This document shows positions 38,977-51,800 of a DNA stretch of 64,000 nucleotides, in pieces. A program made the position numbers and the translations under genes. The notes beneath the pieces are model-generated. The model made no database searches, was not told the DNA's origin, and was given only the letters and a program-made list of their open reading frames with translations. Source of the DNA: Octopus sinensis (lineage: Eukaryota); NCBI RefSeq assembly GCF_006345805.1, contig NC_042998.1, positions 130,014,001-130,078,000 of the forward strand, read 5' to 3'. Within the stretch, counting starts at the first letter, position 1; each line of letters begins with the position of its first letter.

Positions 38977-40249
38977 CTTACTTGTCAGGAAAGTTCTTGT
39001 GGAATTTTAAATTTTTGTTTTAAATGATGTATTTTCAAATTAATTTTCATTTAATTACTTTGACTTTATATATCATTTGAAAGCCCGTTTTTCGCTCTAT
39101 CTAATCGTGTTAATTTTTTTTTAATAATTAGGCCATTTTTCCCGACGTTTAATACAACATGGACAAAACGCAAATTCGCACAACTTTCTTATTCCAGTTT
39201 AAACTAGGCTGAAAAGCTGCTGAAACAGCTCGCGATATCAACGATATGTTTGGCCCAGGAACCTCTAATAAACATACAGCACAATCGTGGTTCAAGGACT
39301 TTCGTAGCGGTGACGAGAGTCTTGAAGATGATAAGCGTAGTAGTCAACCATCGGATGTTGACAACGATCAACTTAGAACCTTAGTGAAAGCCAATCTACG
39401 CACAACTGTTCGAGAGCTTGCTTCTGAATTAGACATAACGTGTACGACAATTTCCAACCACTCGAAAGAGATTGGGAAAACAAAAATACTTGAGAAATGA
39501 GTGTCGCACGAATTGAACGACAACTAAATAAAACACCGATTTGAAGTGTCATCTTCCCTTCTTTTACGCAACAAGAACGACCCGTTTCTCGGTCGGATTG
39601 TGACTTGCGATGAAAAGTGAATTCTTTACGACAACCGGCGACACTCAGCTCTGGGGTTGGACGTCGACGAAGCTCCACAGCACTTCCCGAAGTCAAAGTT
39701 GCACCAAAAGAAGATCATGGTGACTGCTTGGTGGTCTGCGGACTGTCTCATCCATCACAGTTTTTTTGGATCCAGGCGAAACCATTACGGTCATTGTCAG
39801 CAAATGGATGAAATGCATAAGAAACTCCGACTATAACAGCCAGCTATGGTCAATAACAAAAGGAGCAATTCTTCTCCACGACAACGCTCGGCCGCACGTC
39901 GCACAACTGACCCTGTAGAAGTTGAACGAATTGTGTTACGAACCTCTGCCTCATTCGCCATACTCACCAGACCTCTCGCCTACTGACTACCACTTTTTCA
40001 AGCATTTCGACAACTTCCTGCGTGAGAAATGCTTCAAAAACCAAGACGATGCCAAACACGCCTTCAACGACTTCATCGCCACCAGGACGCAGGATTTTTA
40101 CGCTACTGGCATAAATAAACTTGTTTCGCGTAGGCAAAAACGTGTTGATTCTGATGGTGTTTATTTCCATTAATAAAGTTTTGCTTAAGCCGAGATATGT
40201 GCATCTGAATATAAAGGTTAAAACCGCAAGAACTTTCTTGACAACTTAA
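38977..40249 (+). mobile_element. Full-length mariner DNA transposon (about 1.27 kb)
   Basis: TIRs ..ttgtcaggaaagttcttgtgg / ccgcaagaactttcttgacaacttaa, TA flanks, internal transposase. Confidence 0.9.
39159..40173 (+). pseudogene. Inactive mariner DD34D transposase (Hsmar1/cecropia-like)
   Basis: MDKTQIR..FKLG*KAAETARDIN, WFKDFRSGDESLED, RIVTCDEK, LHDNARPH, HSPYSPDLSPTDYHFF; stops and frameshifts. Confidence 0.9.
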
Positions 40250-40565
40250 TAGATGTTGTCTGGGGGATATCAAACAGTATTTGAATTCTATATGCTTATA
40301 TGTATGTATCCATGGATGCATATACGTATGCATATATTTACATGTGTAGTATGTGGTATAACAGCGTGTGGGTGTTTATCTGTGTATAGACGTATGCGTA
40401 TATATATATGTGGGCGTGTCAGTGAGTGTCTGTACACATTTACATATGTATACATGTATATGGATTTTTGTGTGAGTGTTTACGAGTACACATATGTCTC
40501 TTTATGTATATAAATTATATATGCAACCATACATACTGGCATGCAAGCATACATACATATATATC

Positions 40566-40650
<85 letters not shown>

Positions 40651-42128
40651 GTCCGTCTCTCTGCCTGTCCGTCCGTCTGTCGGTCTGTCTGGCCGTCTAT
40701 CTGTGTATGCATGTATGTATGTATCTATCTATCTATCTACCTTATATGCATGTATATCCAGCCCATTCATGTGTGTGGGTTGGCAAGTGCTTTTTTTTTT
40801 GGTCTTGTTCACAAACAGAAGTACTCAATACATGACTTAGAGTTTCTATTGTTCTTTCAAAACTGATGAACCTCCTCTTTGTGCTCATCTTTCTCGCCTT
40901 CCTCAAGCGATGCATCCTGAAATATATCACTTTATATCTACATGTTTATTATTTGTGTAGCATTAGATGATGATAGCTTATCGTAGTTGTAAAATTCACA
41001 TCATTATTTAGTAGGATCTATATAATTGATTTACATATTTGGAAGGAATTGTTATCAAATCGCATGACTTATCAGAAATATCATCATGTATTTTCACTAC
41101 TGCCATAGCAACACTTCATCAAGATATTAAAATAATATAATAATGATAGTGGCATAATAATGATTATAATCATAATTATAATTATTGTTATTGCGTTTCC
41201 TGGTTTTATTGTTGTTCTTAGTAGATGCGGTGATGTTATTGGTGAAAGTAGAGGGGGTAGTAATGAAGGGGATGGTAATATTGTCATTCCTTAGCCTACA
41301 TACAATGATTATTGGAAGCGAATGTGTTGACTACTTCGCTCCAACGGCATTTCGAAATAATAATAATAATACTAATAATAATATTAACAACAATGGCAAT
41401 AATAAAAAAAAACACTATAATAACAATAATAACAAGAATTTCAGTATTCTGTTGATTACAGGATTTAATCTATGAATAGCTAGATGCTCAGTGATCAAAA
41501 TGAAACAATAGATTAGATGAGAATTGATAAGAAACAAATGGAAAATGTCGTAAATTTAAAACAAAACGACTTGATAATTTTGTTTATGTATTTTGTGCTT
41601 CTCTGTTTGGATATTAATTCAAATATTGAAGTTTGCTCAATAAATTGAAATTTCATTCAGATTCTATTTTATTTAGATCACTCACGCTCCTTCGCTTTCC
41701 CTATTATTCTCTCTCTCTCTCTCTCTCTGTTAATCTTTCTCTCAACCTCTAATTCTCACACATGCAAACATACATATGTGTGTGTGTATATATATACATA
41801 TATATATACATATATATATATGTGTATATATATATATAAGCATATATATATGTACATACACATACGTGTGTATATGAATACATACATACACACTTACACT
41901 TATAACTCAGTGTCTATGTATGTATAACTGTATGCACGTACGTACATACGTATGTATGTATGTATGTATGTATGTATGTATGTATGTATGTATGTATCTG
42001 TCTGTTTGTTTCTGTGTTTGCTTGCCTCTCTTTCTTACTTTGTGTCCATCTATCATTTGTTTTCACCTTATCACTGTCTTTATACAACTGGGCGTACATC
42101 CATGAATATGTGAGTGTGTGTATATATA

Positions 42129-42173
<45 letters not shown>

Positions 42174-43729
42174 TATATGTACACACACACACATATACGT
42201 ATATGTATATATGTATATGTGTGTACATGTATATCCCTCTGTAGGTATATGTGTGTATGTTCGTGTGTATCCGTGTATTTGTGTATGTATGTATGTGTGT
42301 GTGTGTTTTCTTGCTGTAGCTCTATCTCATTATATCATTTATCTGTATATTCATTGAACCTGTTCATCCCTCTTTATTTTTTGTTGCTGTTTTTGTAGCT
42401 CTCTCTCTCTCTCTGACTCTATAACGTCTTTTATTTTGCTGTTGTAAACATAATGCAGAACATTTAAAAAGTATGAAATATATTTTATAAGCAGGATTTT
42501 CAGTTTTTGTCTTCGTAGTACACTACAGTTCTGAGAGTTCACTTCGACATCTAAAGTTCCACCACCATCACCACCAGTTTTAACCTTCAACAAATTCTCT
42601 ACAAATTCTCTCTTCAAACCCATATACCATTTGGACTCAACAACCCCCACCGTCTAGTAACAACTTCCACATGTTTTTTTAATTTGTTAAATATTTTAAA
42701 TGTTTTATGAATTAAATTTTAATTTTTGATTTAATTTAAATTATTTTTTTATTTTTAATTCATCAACGCACACATCCACTCACACACATATGCATAGCTT
42801 GCACTCTCCACATATAACATACATATCTACCGCACACACATAGACACACGTACACACTCACACATACACGTGCACACACACATACGTTTCCATATCCTGG
42901 CATGTAAAAAATATCCTTCACACACATACACACACACACACCCCTACATACGCACTTATGCGCAGACATAAATGGACGCATATACGTAAACATACATCGC
43001 GCGCATATATACATACACCCGTAAACATGCACTCACCAACACTTATACATACACACACAAACACATACATATACACGCAGCAGCATCAAAGCACTCACAC
43101 ACTTGTCCCCTCGCCTCTCACCCCACCACCACCACCCACGCAAACATATACACTCTTACACACGCTCTCATACACATACGTACACATACAGTAACACCAA
43201 CCTACTCACGCATTTGTTACGTCACCTTTCACACCAATACACACACACGCGCAAACACACGTATACGTACAGGGACAGCGACACCAAGCATTCACACACT
43301 TGTCATCTCACCACTCACACATTCACACATACACATAAAAGCACACACACACATGCACACACACAAAGCTTAACACACACAGTAACACCAACGCACTCAC
43401 CAAATCTTACTGCGCTAACCTATCGGCACCATTTCCTTACACGCACACAGATACTATCACACACACTCACACACACAGATACTACGACACACGCACAGAT
43501 ACTACCACACACTCACACACACAGCTACTACCACACGCAAATACACACATACACACATTTTCGCACTCTCCAGCCTTAAAAACCCAAATATTTTTATCTC
43601 AGATGAATATGGTACTTAAGATGAGGCACCAGAATTTAGTACGGTATTATCCATACAATTCAAAATAGGGTGATTAAAATCAAATTAAGCCACCAGGATA
43701 ACCAGAGGTATATATATAAATATATATAG

Positions 43730-44054
43730 GGGGTGACCCTATGAATGAGTATGGGATTGCACCTAGAATGCTACCCTCCAAGGTAGAAGTCCGGGCAAGG
43801 TTGTTTATGGAAGGCTAGCAGTCGCCCATACATACCAGCCCTCTCTCTCCATGTCACTGCTTTTCCAAAGGAAAAGCAAAGGCCGATACAGCTTGGCACC
43901 AATGACATAGCAACTCTTTTCTACTGCCGAGTGAACTGGAGCAACGTGAAATAAAGTGTCTTGCTCAAGCGCACAACGCGCCGCCCGATCCGGGAATCGA
44001 ACTCACAAACTCACGATCGTAAGCTCGACGCTCTAACCACGGAGCCATGTGCCT
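43730..44054 (-). mobile_element. Second SINE family, full length with tRNA-like head
   Basis: Minus head ggcacatggctccgtggttagagcg...gagttcgattccc (A/B boxes), then cttgagcaagacacttta. Confidence 0.85.
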
Positions 44055-44073
44055 TCACACACACACACACACA

Positions 44074-44119
<46 letters not shown>

Positions 44120-44122
<3 letters not shown>

Positions 44123-44330
44123 TTATTTCTTTCAGTTATTTGACTATAGACGTAGTAGGGCTTCGCCGTGACAGGTTTTCGCCGTAGAAACGACCTCAGA
44201 GCTTATTTTATCAAGTCTAGTACTTATTATATCGGTTTCTTATGTCCAACCGTTAAATTATGGAGATGTAAACACACCAATATCGGTTGTCAAGCGGTGG
44301 TGGTGGACAAACGCAGATAAAAAGACACAC
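44120..44330 (-). mobile_element. Third SINE family body; a matching tRNA-like head lies at about 45515-45632
   Basis: agtacttatt.tatcggt...gtaaacacacca.atcggttgtcaagcg; head piece gattgaacccgaacccatgtggttgggaagc. Microsatellite and inserts separate the two parts. Confidence 0.6.
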
Positions 44331-44635
44331 ATACACATATATATCTATACACACACACACGTATATTTCATAGCTAGTAGAACCTCGAAATTAGTAATTA
44401 TCCAAACATGGGATAATTTGTTAGCTACACGTTGGGTCAAAAGTACCTTAATCAAAAGAAGTTACTTGACCCTTGGATCTTACGATTACACACACACGCA
44501 CACGCACATGCACACATGCACACATACATGCACGCACGCACACACTCACACATACACATACGCACACACGCACACACATACGTTCATGTATTTGTGTTTC
44601 AAGATTCCTGGTGTGAAGTCGTATGTTGAAACAGA

Positions 44636-44850
44636 TATTGCTGTATTTCGCGATGGTCATATTGTTTTTGCCAAATAAAAACACGGACTATATATTCGTT
44701 CTTCACTCGTTTATTATTGTTACATTTTAACTCATGATCGTTGATCGGACAATGGACATGAGTTAGAATAAGAACAGCAATGGACAAATGAATATAGTGC
44801 GTGTGTTTATTTAACAAAAAAGACAGTGACCAAACTGAAATACTACAATA
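44636..44850. mobile_element. Old foldback/MITE-like element ending at (TA)n
   Basis: Imperfect arms tattgctgtatttc..tggtca..aaataaaaacacggactatat / atatagtgcgtgtgtttattt..tgacca..gaaatactacaata; inner hairpin attttaactcatg / catgagttagaat. Confidence 0.55.
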
Positions 44851-44897
44851 CATATATATATATTTATAATCTCTCTCACTTATATATATATATATAT

Positions 44898-45514
44898 ATC
44901 AATACTAATAAAGGGTAAAATTAATTAATCAATTTATAATTAATAATCTTACCAAGTAGTTCCGTATGTTAAAAGAACCATTATCGGTAAATTTATACAA
45001 AAATTATTATAATTATAAACATAATTATAATTCAGGTTTAGCAAAATTGTTTCACCACATACCGAAATTTAGAAATAGCAGTTAAATACTATTCTACTAT
45101 CGTAAGATATCTCCCAGACATCAATACTCTCAACTCTCACAGGCAAAGAGGAAAAATAACGAATCCACCCGGCTTTGATTAACTATATATGCGTTTCTAG
45201 ATTAAAGATATGTAAGATTTCTCATACCTTATTTCCGTCATCAATATAGTATTTCAATAATAAATGTGAGAGCACTAGTAATCAAGATATCTATTCGGCC
45301 AAGTGCCATCGAATAAAATTAATATCCCAAAAACCAGTACTTCCGAATTCATACAGACGACTTAAGGCCCGCACCCTCTCCCAATCACCCGCGTGCGTTA
45401 CGAGTAATCCCGCAGAAACTGCAGTTTACTATCAGGGAGCGAATTATATTATCAACAATAATAAAGGGTAAAATTAATTAATAAATTTATAATTAATAAT
45501 CTTACCAAGTAGTT
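44898..45514 (-). mobile_element. Hammerhead-bearing element D, 553-nt monomer with about 65-bp terminal direct repeat
   Basis: taataaagggtaaaattaattaat...cttaccaagtagttc at both ends (ggg at 44913 and 45466); sense 3' end in (TA)n. Confidence 0.75.
45182..45250 (-). ncRNA. Decayed type I hammerhead motif with long stem II
   Basis: Minus: acuaua-UUGAUGA-[cgga...aagguaug / cauaucuu...ucua]-GAAAC GC A UA-uauagu. Perfect 6-bp stem I; two transitions away from CUGAUGA and GAAACGCGUA. Confidence 0.6.
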
Positions 45515-46441
45515 CAGTTTCCGTTTACTAGCCCAAGGTTATAGCAGAAGACGTTTGCTGAAAGGTACCACGCTGTGAGATTGAACCCGAACCCATGTGG
45601 TTGGGAAGCTAGTTACTTGTCACACAGTCACGTGAAATGCATGGGTACTCTGTACGGTAACATTAAACTAGGGGTGCTCTGTACGGTAACATTAAACCTT
45701 TTTCGTATCGAAAAACTCGATTTGAAAACACGTATCATAAAGCCACCAATATAATGGACCTATGAATCATCTATTTTGAATATATCTCCTCTTGTTTCCG
45801 GTATTGTTCATGAAATTAGCCGAAACAATCTCAATTTTACTGATGCCCTATCAATATTGAATATATGAAAATTAACGGAATTTGAATATGATAGTCGTAA
45901 ATGTATACAAATCACTCATATAGAGAGGTATCAGAATGTTTAACATGCTCTTTAACGGTTGCTTCAACAGGTAAAGTGATCTCAAGAATTTTACTTTTTA
46001 AAAGCTCTTCAAATTATTGTAAACAGAACAGCAGCAACTGCCGCCGTAACAACCGAAGTGAAATATTGGAAAAGAAGAAATGTCAAGTTTCTTTTGTATA
46101 GAACTATGAATAAATCAGTGTTTCAGCCAATAAAAGCATGACAAATAATTACAATTCACTATCTTTGACATCTTAAGTAAACCGCCATATTAATGTACAG
46201 CAACACAATATTATTTAATTATGTAACAGAAAACCATTGTTATTTCCAGGGTATTGCTACTCATATATTTTGTTCTATGAAACTATACGAGCTATCGAAG
46301 GCTGCAATATTAACACTGGACACAGCAGCAGCAGCAGTTAAATCGACACAAATCTCAACTGAACGCCTTAGAAAAAAAGAATAATTCGTTTAATCATGTA
46401 GTACTACGTATGTATGTAATGCTTAAAAATACATCCTAGAA

Positions 46442-46663
46442 GGCGGCGAGCTTGGCAGAAACGTTAGCTCGCCGGGCGAAATTCGTAGCCGTATTTCGTC
46501 TGCCGTTACGTTCTGGGTTCAAATTCGACTTTGTCTTTCATCCTTTCGGGGTCTACAAATTAAGTACCAGTTGCGCTCTGGGGTTGATGTAATCGACTTC
46601 ATCCGTTTGTCTGTCCTTGTCTGTTCCCTCCGTGTTTAGCCCCTTGTGGGTAGTAAAGAAATA
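46442..46663 (+). mobile_element. tRNA-derived SINE
   Basis: Same family as 15085-15311; TSD-like ata(c/t)atcctag on both sides. Confidence 0.88.
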
Positions 46664-47056
46664 TATATATCCTAGTAGGGATTGCTAGTGCATATAGGCT
46701 TGTTCGAGAATCATTAGCCACTAAGTTAACAAGATCCACAACAACAAAACTCTTATGCACACAAGCTACATATGTCTTAATAGATGGATATCACTAACTA
46801 AATGGTAAATTCAGTCAGTCTCTTGAATTTACAGTGATTTATTACTAGTATATATTTTAGCCACTAGTAAGTGGTAGACTTCAAAGACGATTTCAGAAGC
46901 GTTTAGATACAGAATATAGATTGATGAAACTGAAATATTTAATTATTAGTGAATATTATTAAACCGAGCTTATATCAGATATAGTAATAATATTTTATAA
47001 CGACCGCGACGACATCACCACCACTACTCCTACCACTACTACTGCTGCTGCTGCTG

Positions 47057-47101
<45 letters not shown>

Positions 47102-47127
47102 ATAATAATAATAATAATAATAATAAT

Positions 47128-47340
47128 CCTCTCTACTGGAAACACAAGGCCTCAAATTTGGGGGAAGGGATTAAGTCGATTACATCAACTCCAGTGCGTA
47201 ACTGGTACTTATTTAATCGACCCCGATATGAGGAAAGACAAGGTCTGCATCGGCAGAATTTGAACTCTGAACGTAAAGACGAACAAAATACCGCTGATCA
47301 TTTTACCCGGCGTGCTAGCGATTCTGCCAGCTCACCGCCA
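47128..47340 (-). mobile_element. tRNA-derived SINE in (TAA)n (further decayed copies about 22740-23010 +, 47750-47945 -, 49420-49620 +, 50430-50596 -)
   Basis: Core and head motifs as in the other copies. Confidence 0.8.
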
Positions 47341-47362
47341 TGATAATAATAATAATATAATA

Positions 47363-47396
<34 letters not shown>

Positions 47397-47397
47397 T

Positions 47398-47590
47398 GTA
47401 CGTGGAACAAATAGGGGCTGCAATAAGGACGAGGAACAAATAGAGGCTGCAATAAGGGTGGAGCACTTGCAGAAAACAGCACTGCTTGGAACCGCTCGAA
47501 TACTCCGGAAGGTGCTCGAAAAATAAGAAGTGTTACATTAGTTCACTAGTAGTGAAAAGCTGACACTATAGTACATCTTCAGCTTTAGAA
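47398..47590 (+). mobile_element. Extreme 3' fragment of an R4/Dong-type LINE next to (TAA)n
   Basis: Encodes VEHLQKTALLGTARILRKVLEK*, homologous to IQKIAILGT..ILRRTL at the end of 17480-20243; about 25-bp duplication at its 5' end. Confidence 0.7.
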
Positions 47591-47704
47591 GCATATTCTC
47601 CCGACTTCGGGGGACTATGAACTCAACGTATCGAAATAACGCTAAGCATTCCGTCCAGCGTGTGTCAGCTCACTGCCTTAATAATGATAATAATAATAAT
47701 AATA

Positions 47705-47742
<38 letters not shown>

Positions 47743-48779
47743 TTTACTATCCTTTCTTCTGTAGACACAAAACTTGAAATTTTGAGGAAGAGAACTACTC
47801 GATTACATCTACTCTAGTCAACCCAAAAGGATGGTGGGGAGGCAAATTCAACTTCAGCGGAATTTGAACTCAGGACGTAAAGACGAACGAAATGCTGCTA
47901 AGTATTTGCACGGATTGCTAAAAATTCTGCCAAATCACTGCTTTCTTGATCTTTGCAGAAATGCTGCAAGTTTAGGGGCTTTTCACTGATTTGCACCGAT
48001 GAACTTCAAAGGTGACCTCAGCGGAATTTGTACGTAAATTACGTAAATAGCCGGAAAAATACCGGTAGGCATTTGGTGCGATGCAGTAACGGTTCTGTCT
48101 GATCAATATACTTATTTTAATAACTTACGTTAATGTTGAAGTTTCGAGCAAAAATGTAAGTGATACACGAAACTCATACACATTTATTTTGCCTCGTTTT
48201 ATGAGGTGAAATTTAAAAGGAAAACAAAAGAAAACAAAAATTTATAATACAAAAAGTATACACTGTTAATAAATATGTTATTAGATTTTTGCTTGTTAGC
48301 GTATAGTTCATTTGAGATAATATCATTTTAATTAGTTTTTGAAATAACCGTAATTCGATTGAAATATTTGAGTTTGATTTAGATGTTTAGTGATGTGTAT
48401 TTTTATATATTTTATAATCAGCTAATATTTGAAAAAGCTTTTTAAGAGAATTCTGTCCACTTGTGTTTTACAAAAAATTCTTGATAAAGAGGCACAAATG
48501 TCAGTGATCAGAAGTATCAAACAAGTAACATCGTGGCTAGAGTTAATCTCGAAATAGAAAAAGAAAAAGCAAGAAGTGAACACTATATACACAAACGTTT
48601 CAATAGTATGTGTATACGAGTTTAGTTAGACAGATAGACAGACAGATACACTCACACACATACGTGCACACAAACGTATGTATATGTATATGTAGAGAGA
48701 GAGAGAGAGAGAGAGAGAGGATTACCTAAAGATATACATGCAGAATTACATAATCGCTATGTACATAAGGAGGTGTATA

Positions 48780-49145
48780 CGCATGATGTCGGGGCTAAAT
48801 TTGACGATATTTTAAAGTCACTTTTTTTTTCTCAGGAACGACTTTGCGGGACAGTTAACGGCATTGGAGAGAGTTTACAGGTTAAATATGCAGTTAACAA
48901 AATTTTTTTTAGCTAACATGGAGGATCGGACCGCATATGAATGTAGAAAACAATTATCTGTATCATGATGATACGCGTTGAATATCAAAAGGCTGACATC
49001 ATAACTCCCGTTCAATGCTTTGTGTACACTCTCAAGGCTGTAAGACATGACATGGACAATCAAAACGGCGACTACGAAACCGTGGCCAGTAGGAAGCGAT
49101 ACATCAGGCGTTCGGAATGCGTCCGCACGCCGGTATTGCTCTCCA
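48780..49145 (+). mobile_element. Possible 5' fragment of a maT/Tc1-mariner-type transposon
   Basis: ORF 48965 (MIRVEYQKADII...KAVRHDMD...VASRKRYIRRSECVRTP) resembles N-termini of DD37D-type transposases from memory; no catalytic motif present. Confidence 0.4.
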
Positions 49146-49619
49146 TACCATTGAAGAGGCCCTTAATCTCTATCGTAAGCTTAAATCTTAGTAAGTTAAG
49201 AGTATGAGTCAAATGTTTTCTAAACCTGTTTATAGAGATCGTTGTTCCTATATAGGCCAAATTCGGGTGAAAGGAATCTCTTATTTAAGGTGTCGAGTAA
49301 AAATATGCTAAACGACAGCTGATCCTGTAATGCTCCTATTACCACTTCAAAAGAATCTTCTGGATCTGTCCGTTTGACCCTGGCCTAAATTCTTTCAAAC
49401 AGTAGGGTTGTCTGGCGTGGGATGGCAGAATCGTTAGCAGGTCGGACAAAATGCCTAGCAGCATTTCGTCCGTCTTTATGTTCTGAGTTCAAATTCGATT
49501 TTGCTTTTAATCCTTTCGGGGTTTATAAAATTGTACCAGAGAAACACGTGGATTGATGTTATCAACCAATTTCCTCCCCCGAAATTTCGAGCCATGTGCC
49601 AAAATTTGAAACCATTATT

Positions 49620-50390
49620 ACCTCTATATCCCTATCTCTAACATCAGTAAAATTCCTTTCCGACAACCATTGCGATATGCATGGATAAAATTCTACTACA
49701 TCGAATTGGTTGAACCTTGTTCTCCTCCTATATTGGCTTGCTTTGAACCATGGTATTACTTCATTGGTGTTGTGTAACACAAGAGAGACGGGATGCTTTC
49801 CTTATGTAGTCGTTTATCTTCCTTAATATCTGCTTATCCACCAGTCCATTTTCCGATTTAGCTCGGTCGATTAGGTGGCACTTGAGCTGGTGGCAAATTT
49901 CGGTTTGTGATCTCTAATGATAATAAAGACATCCCTTTTAGCTGATATATTTAACGTGCTGGTTTGGCTTTGTTGTTCATGTTATCGCATGAATGAGAGA
50001 AAACCGGCAATAGTTTTATGTGATACTAACCTCTAAGGCACGGTATATATTCTATATAGGGTTTTAGTTTCATCCTAGGAAAGCAAGCGCTTTCGTTTAA
50101 TATTTAAGGAGTCTTATATATCGAGTAAATATATCCTGAAAGAGGTTAGAAAACTTAAGAAGTTTTACTTTAAAATCAATGCCCAGTATGTCTGCTTTGA
50201 GAGAGCCTCTGCTTCTTTGATCTTTGGTGGGAACCTTCTATATTTAAGGTAAAACTTGGAATCCGAAGGTGACGTTGCTTGAGCATGAAGATTATAAGGT
50301 CGATAATCTTCCATAAGAACACCCTCGTGTAGAATTGTTTACATGGTGTGGGAATTCTTTTGTTACGTTAAGCGTGGTCGTATACCTCCA
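49620..50390 (-). pseudogene. Decayed PLE RT fragment of a different clade
   Basis: FIIIRDHKPKF, KCHLIDRAKSENGLV, NTNEVIPWFK, QFDVVEFYPCIS correspond to PLE motifs FITLKDHK, CRLINPAKSE, FDIVDFYPSI. Confidence 0.65.
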
Positions 50391-51800
50391 TGACCATTAA
50401 GACAACAAGACCAGCAGTTTCAGGAGAGTGAGCACGTCGATCACATCGATTCCAGTGCTCAACTGGCACTTATTTTATCGATCTGGAAAGGATGGAAGGC
50501 AAAGTTAACCAAATTTGAACTCAAAATGTTGAAACAGACGAAATACCAGTAAGCATTTTGCCCATCGTGCTAACGATTCTGCTAGCTCACTGCCTTTGTT
50601 TCGTTGTAAATAATTCTGCTCGTGGCTGTAGTTACCGTGGAGTAGGAATGAGCACTCAGATTTATTGTCTGGGTGTCAAGAGTAGCTACTTTTGAAATAT
50701 ATATTTGAGGTTCCGGCCAAATAGGTTGGCCGGTTATTTCGAACGGATAGAGAATGATCATAAGCTGGTTTCCACAGAAGCAAATGGATTAAACGTCTTT
50801 TTTTCTTGCTTTTTATTTTCTTCTTTCAGGGATATCACTGCCTATGTTAGATTCTGAAAATCCTTGTAAAATATAGTCAATATTTATTTGGTCCTTCCAG
50901 GGGTTTCCAGGCTCTTAATGCATGCAAATTAAGGCATCCGTTAATTTAGAAACTAATAGGGAGAGGGAAGCTGAGTACATTTCTTTCAATCTAAATGAGT
51001 ATAAATGATGATTGTGCCAGATCTTGTAGTAGCTTGCAACGATTTTCTTATTGTACCTCTGAATACAATGAGAAAACTCACTGGTTGATCTATATATAAA
51101 AAACCTTGGAGAGGTGTGTTGTCGTATAATTTGGTTTTTAGAAACAAAGCAATCTACCTGTGTTTTAGTTTAGGTCGTGCAATCTGGGAGATAATATTTA
51201 AATAAGAATTATTAACCTGTAATATACGTTGGAATATCAACTTCCTAACTATGAATGATAGCTACATTAAACTAAAGCAGATTACTTTCTTTCCACTATA
51301 TGAGATAACTACACTATATTTTAACTATATTGTTCAAATGTCTGAGAGTATTGGCTCGCAGTATAATATGAAATCAGACTGTACAAGAATGTTTATTGTG
51401 GAAATCCAATGAGCCTGTGACTCAATGGCATCTTACTTGTAGTTAAAGAATATTGCAGCATGAGCTATTAATGTTTTTTTTAAAACAACAACTTCGTCGT
51501 AACTTAAAAGTAATCTTTTTTTGAGAATTGGTCCGAAAATATGAAATAAGCTTTTAGACACCATGTCGAATTTAAGAAAGATTTGCTTTTTATCGTGCCA
51601 GCTTCTAATTTTCCTCTTTGCGTGTTAGCCTTCAAATCTTCGAATATTTTATCACACATCTATAAACTTCAGAATATAGGTGTCAAACGAGCTTTAACAG
51701 TCACGTAGAAAAATTTTAAGTGAAGGAAAAAAGTCTGTCGAATATGTTGTTCGGATGTTCAAGCCGTTCTTTTACATGATATAAACTGCAAAACTATTAA

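Noticed and set aside
40800-40916. Possible minus-strand exon after tttcag (DASLEEGEKDEHKEEVHQF*)
   Set aside because: Short, no recognisable homology and no clear donor; not distinguishable from chance.
40863-40925. CTGATGA followed by a distant GAAA as another hammerhead
   Set aside because: No stem I or III pairing and no repeat context.
43975-44054. tRNA gene candidates here and at other SINE heads
   Set aside because: A/B boxes are fused to SINE bodies and I could not fold a full cloverleaf.
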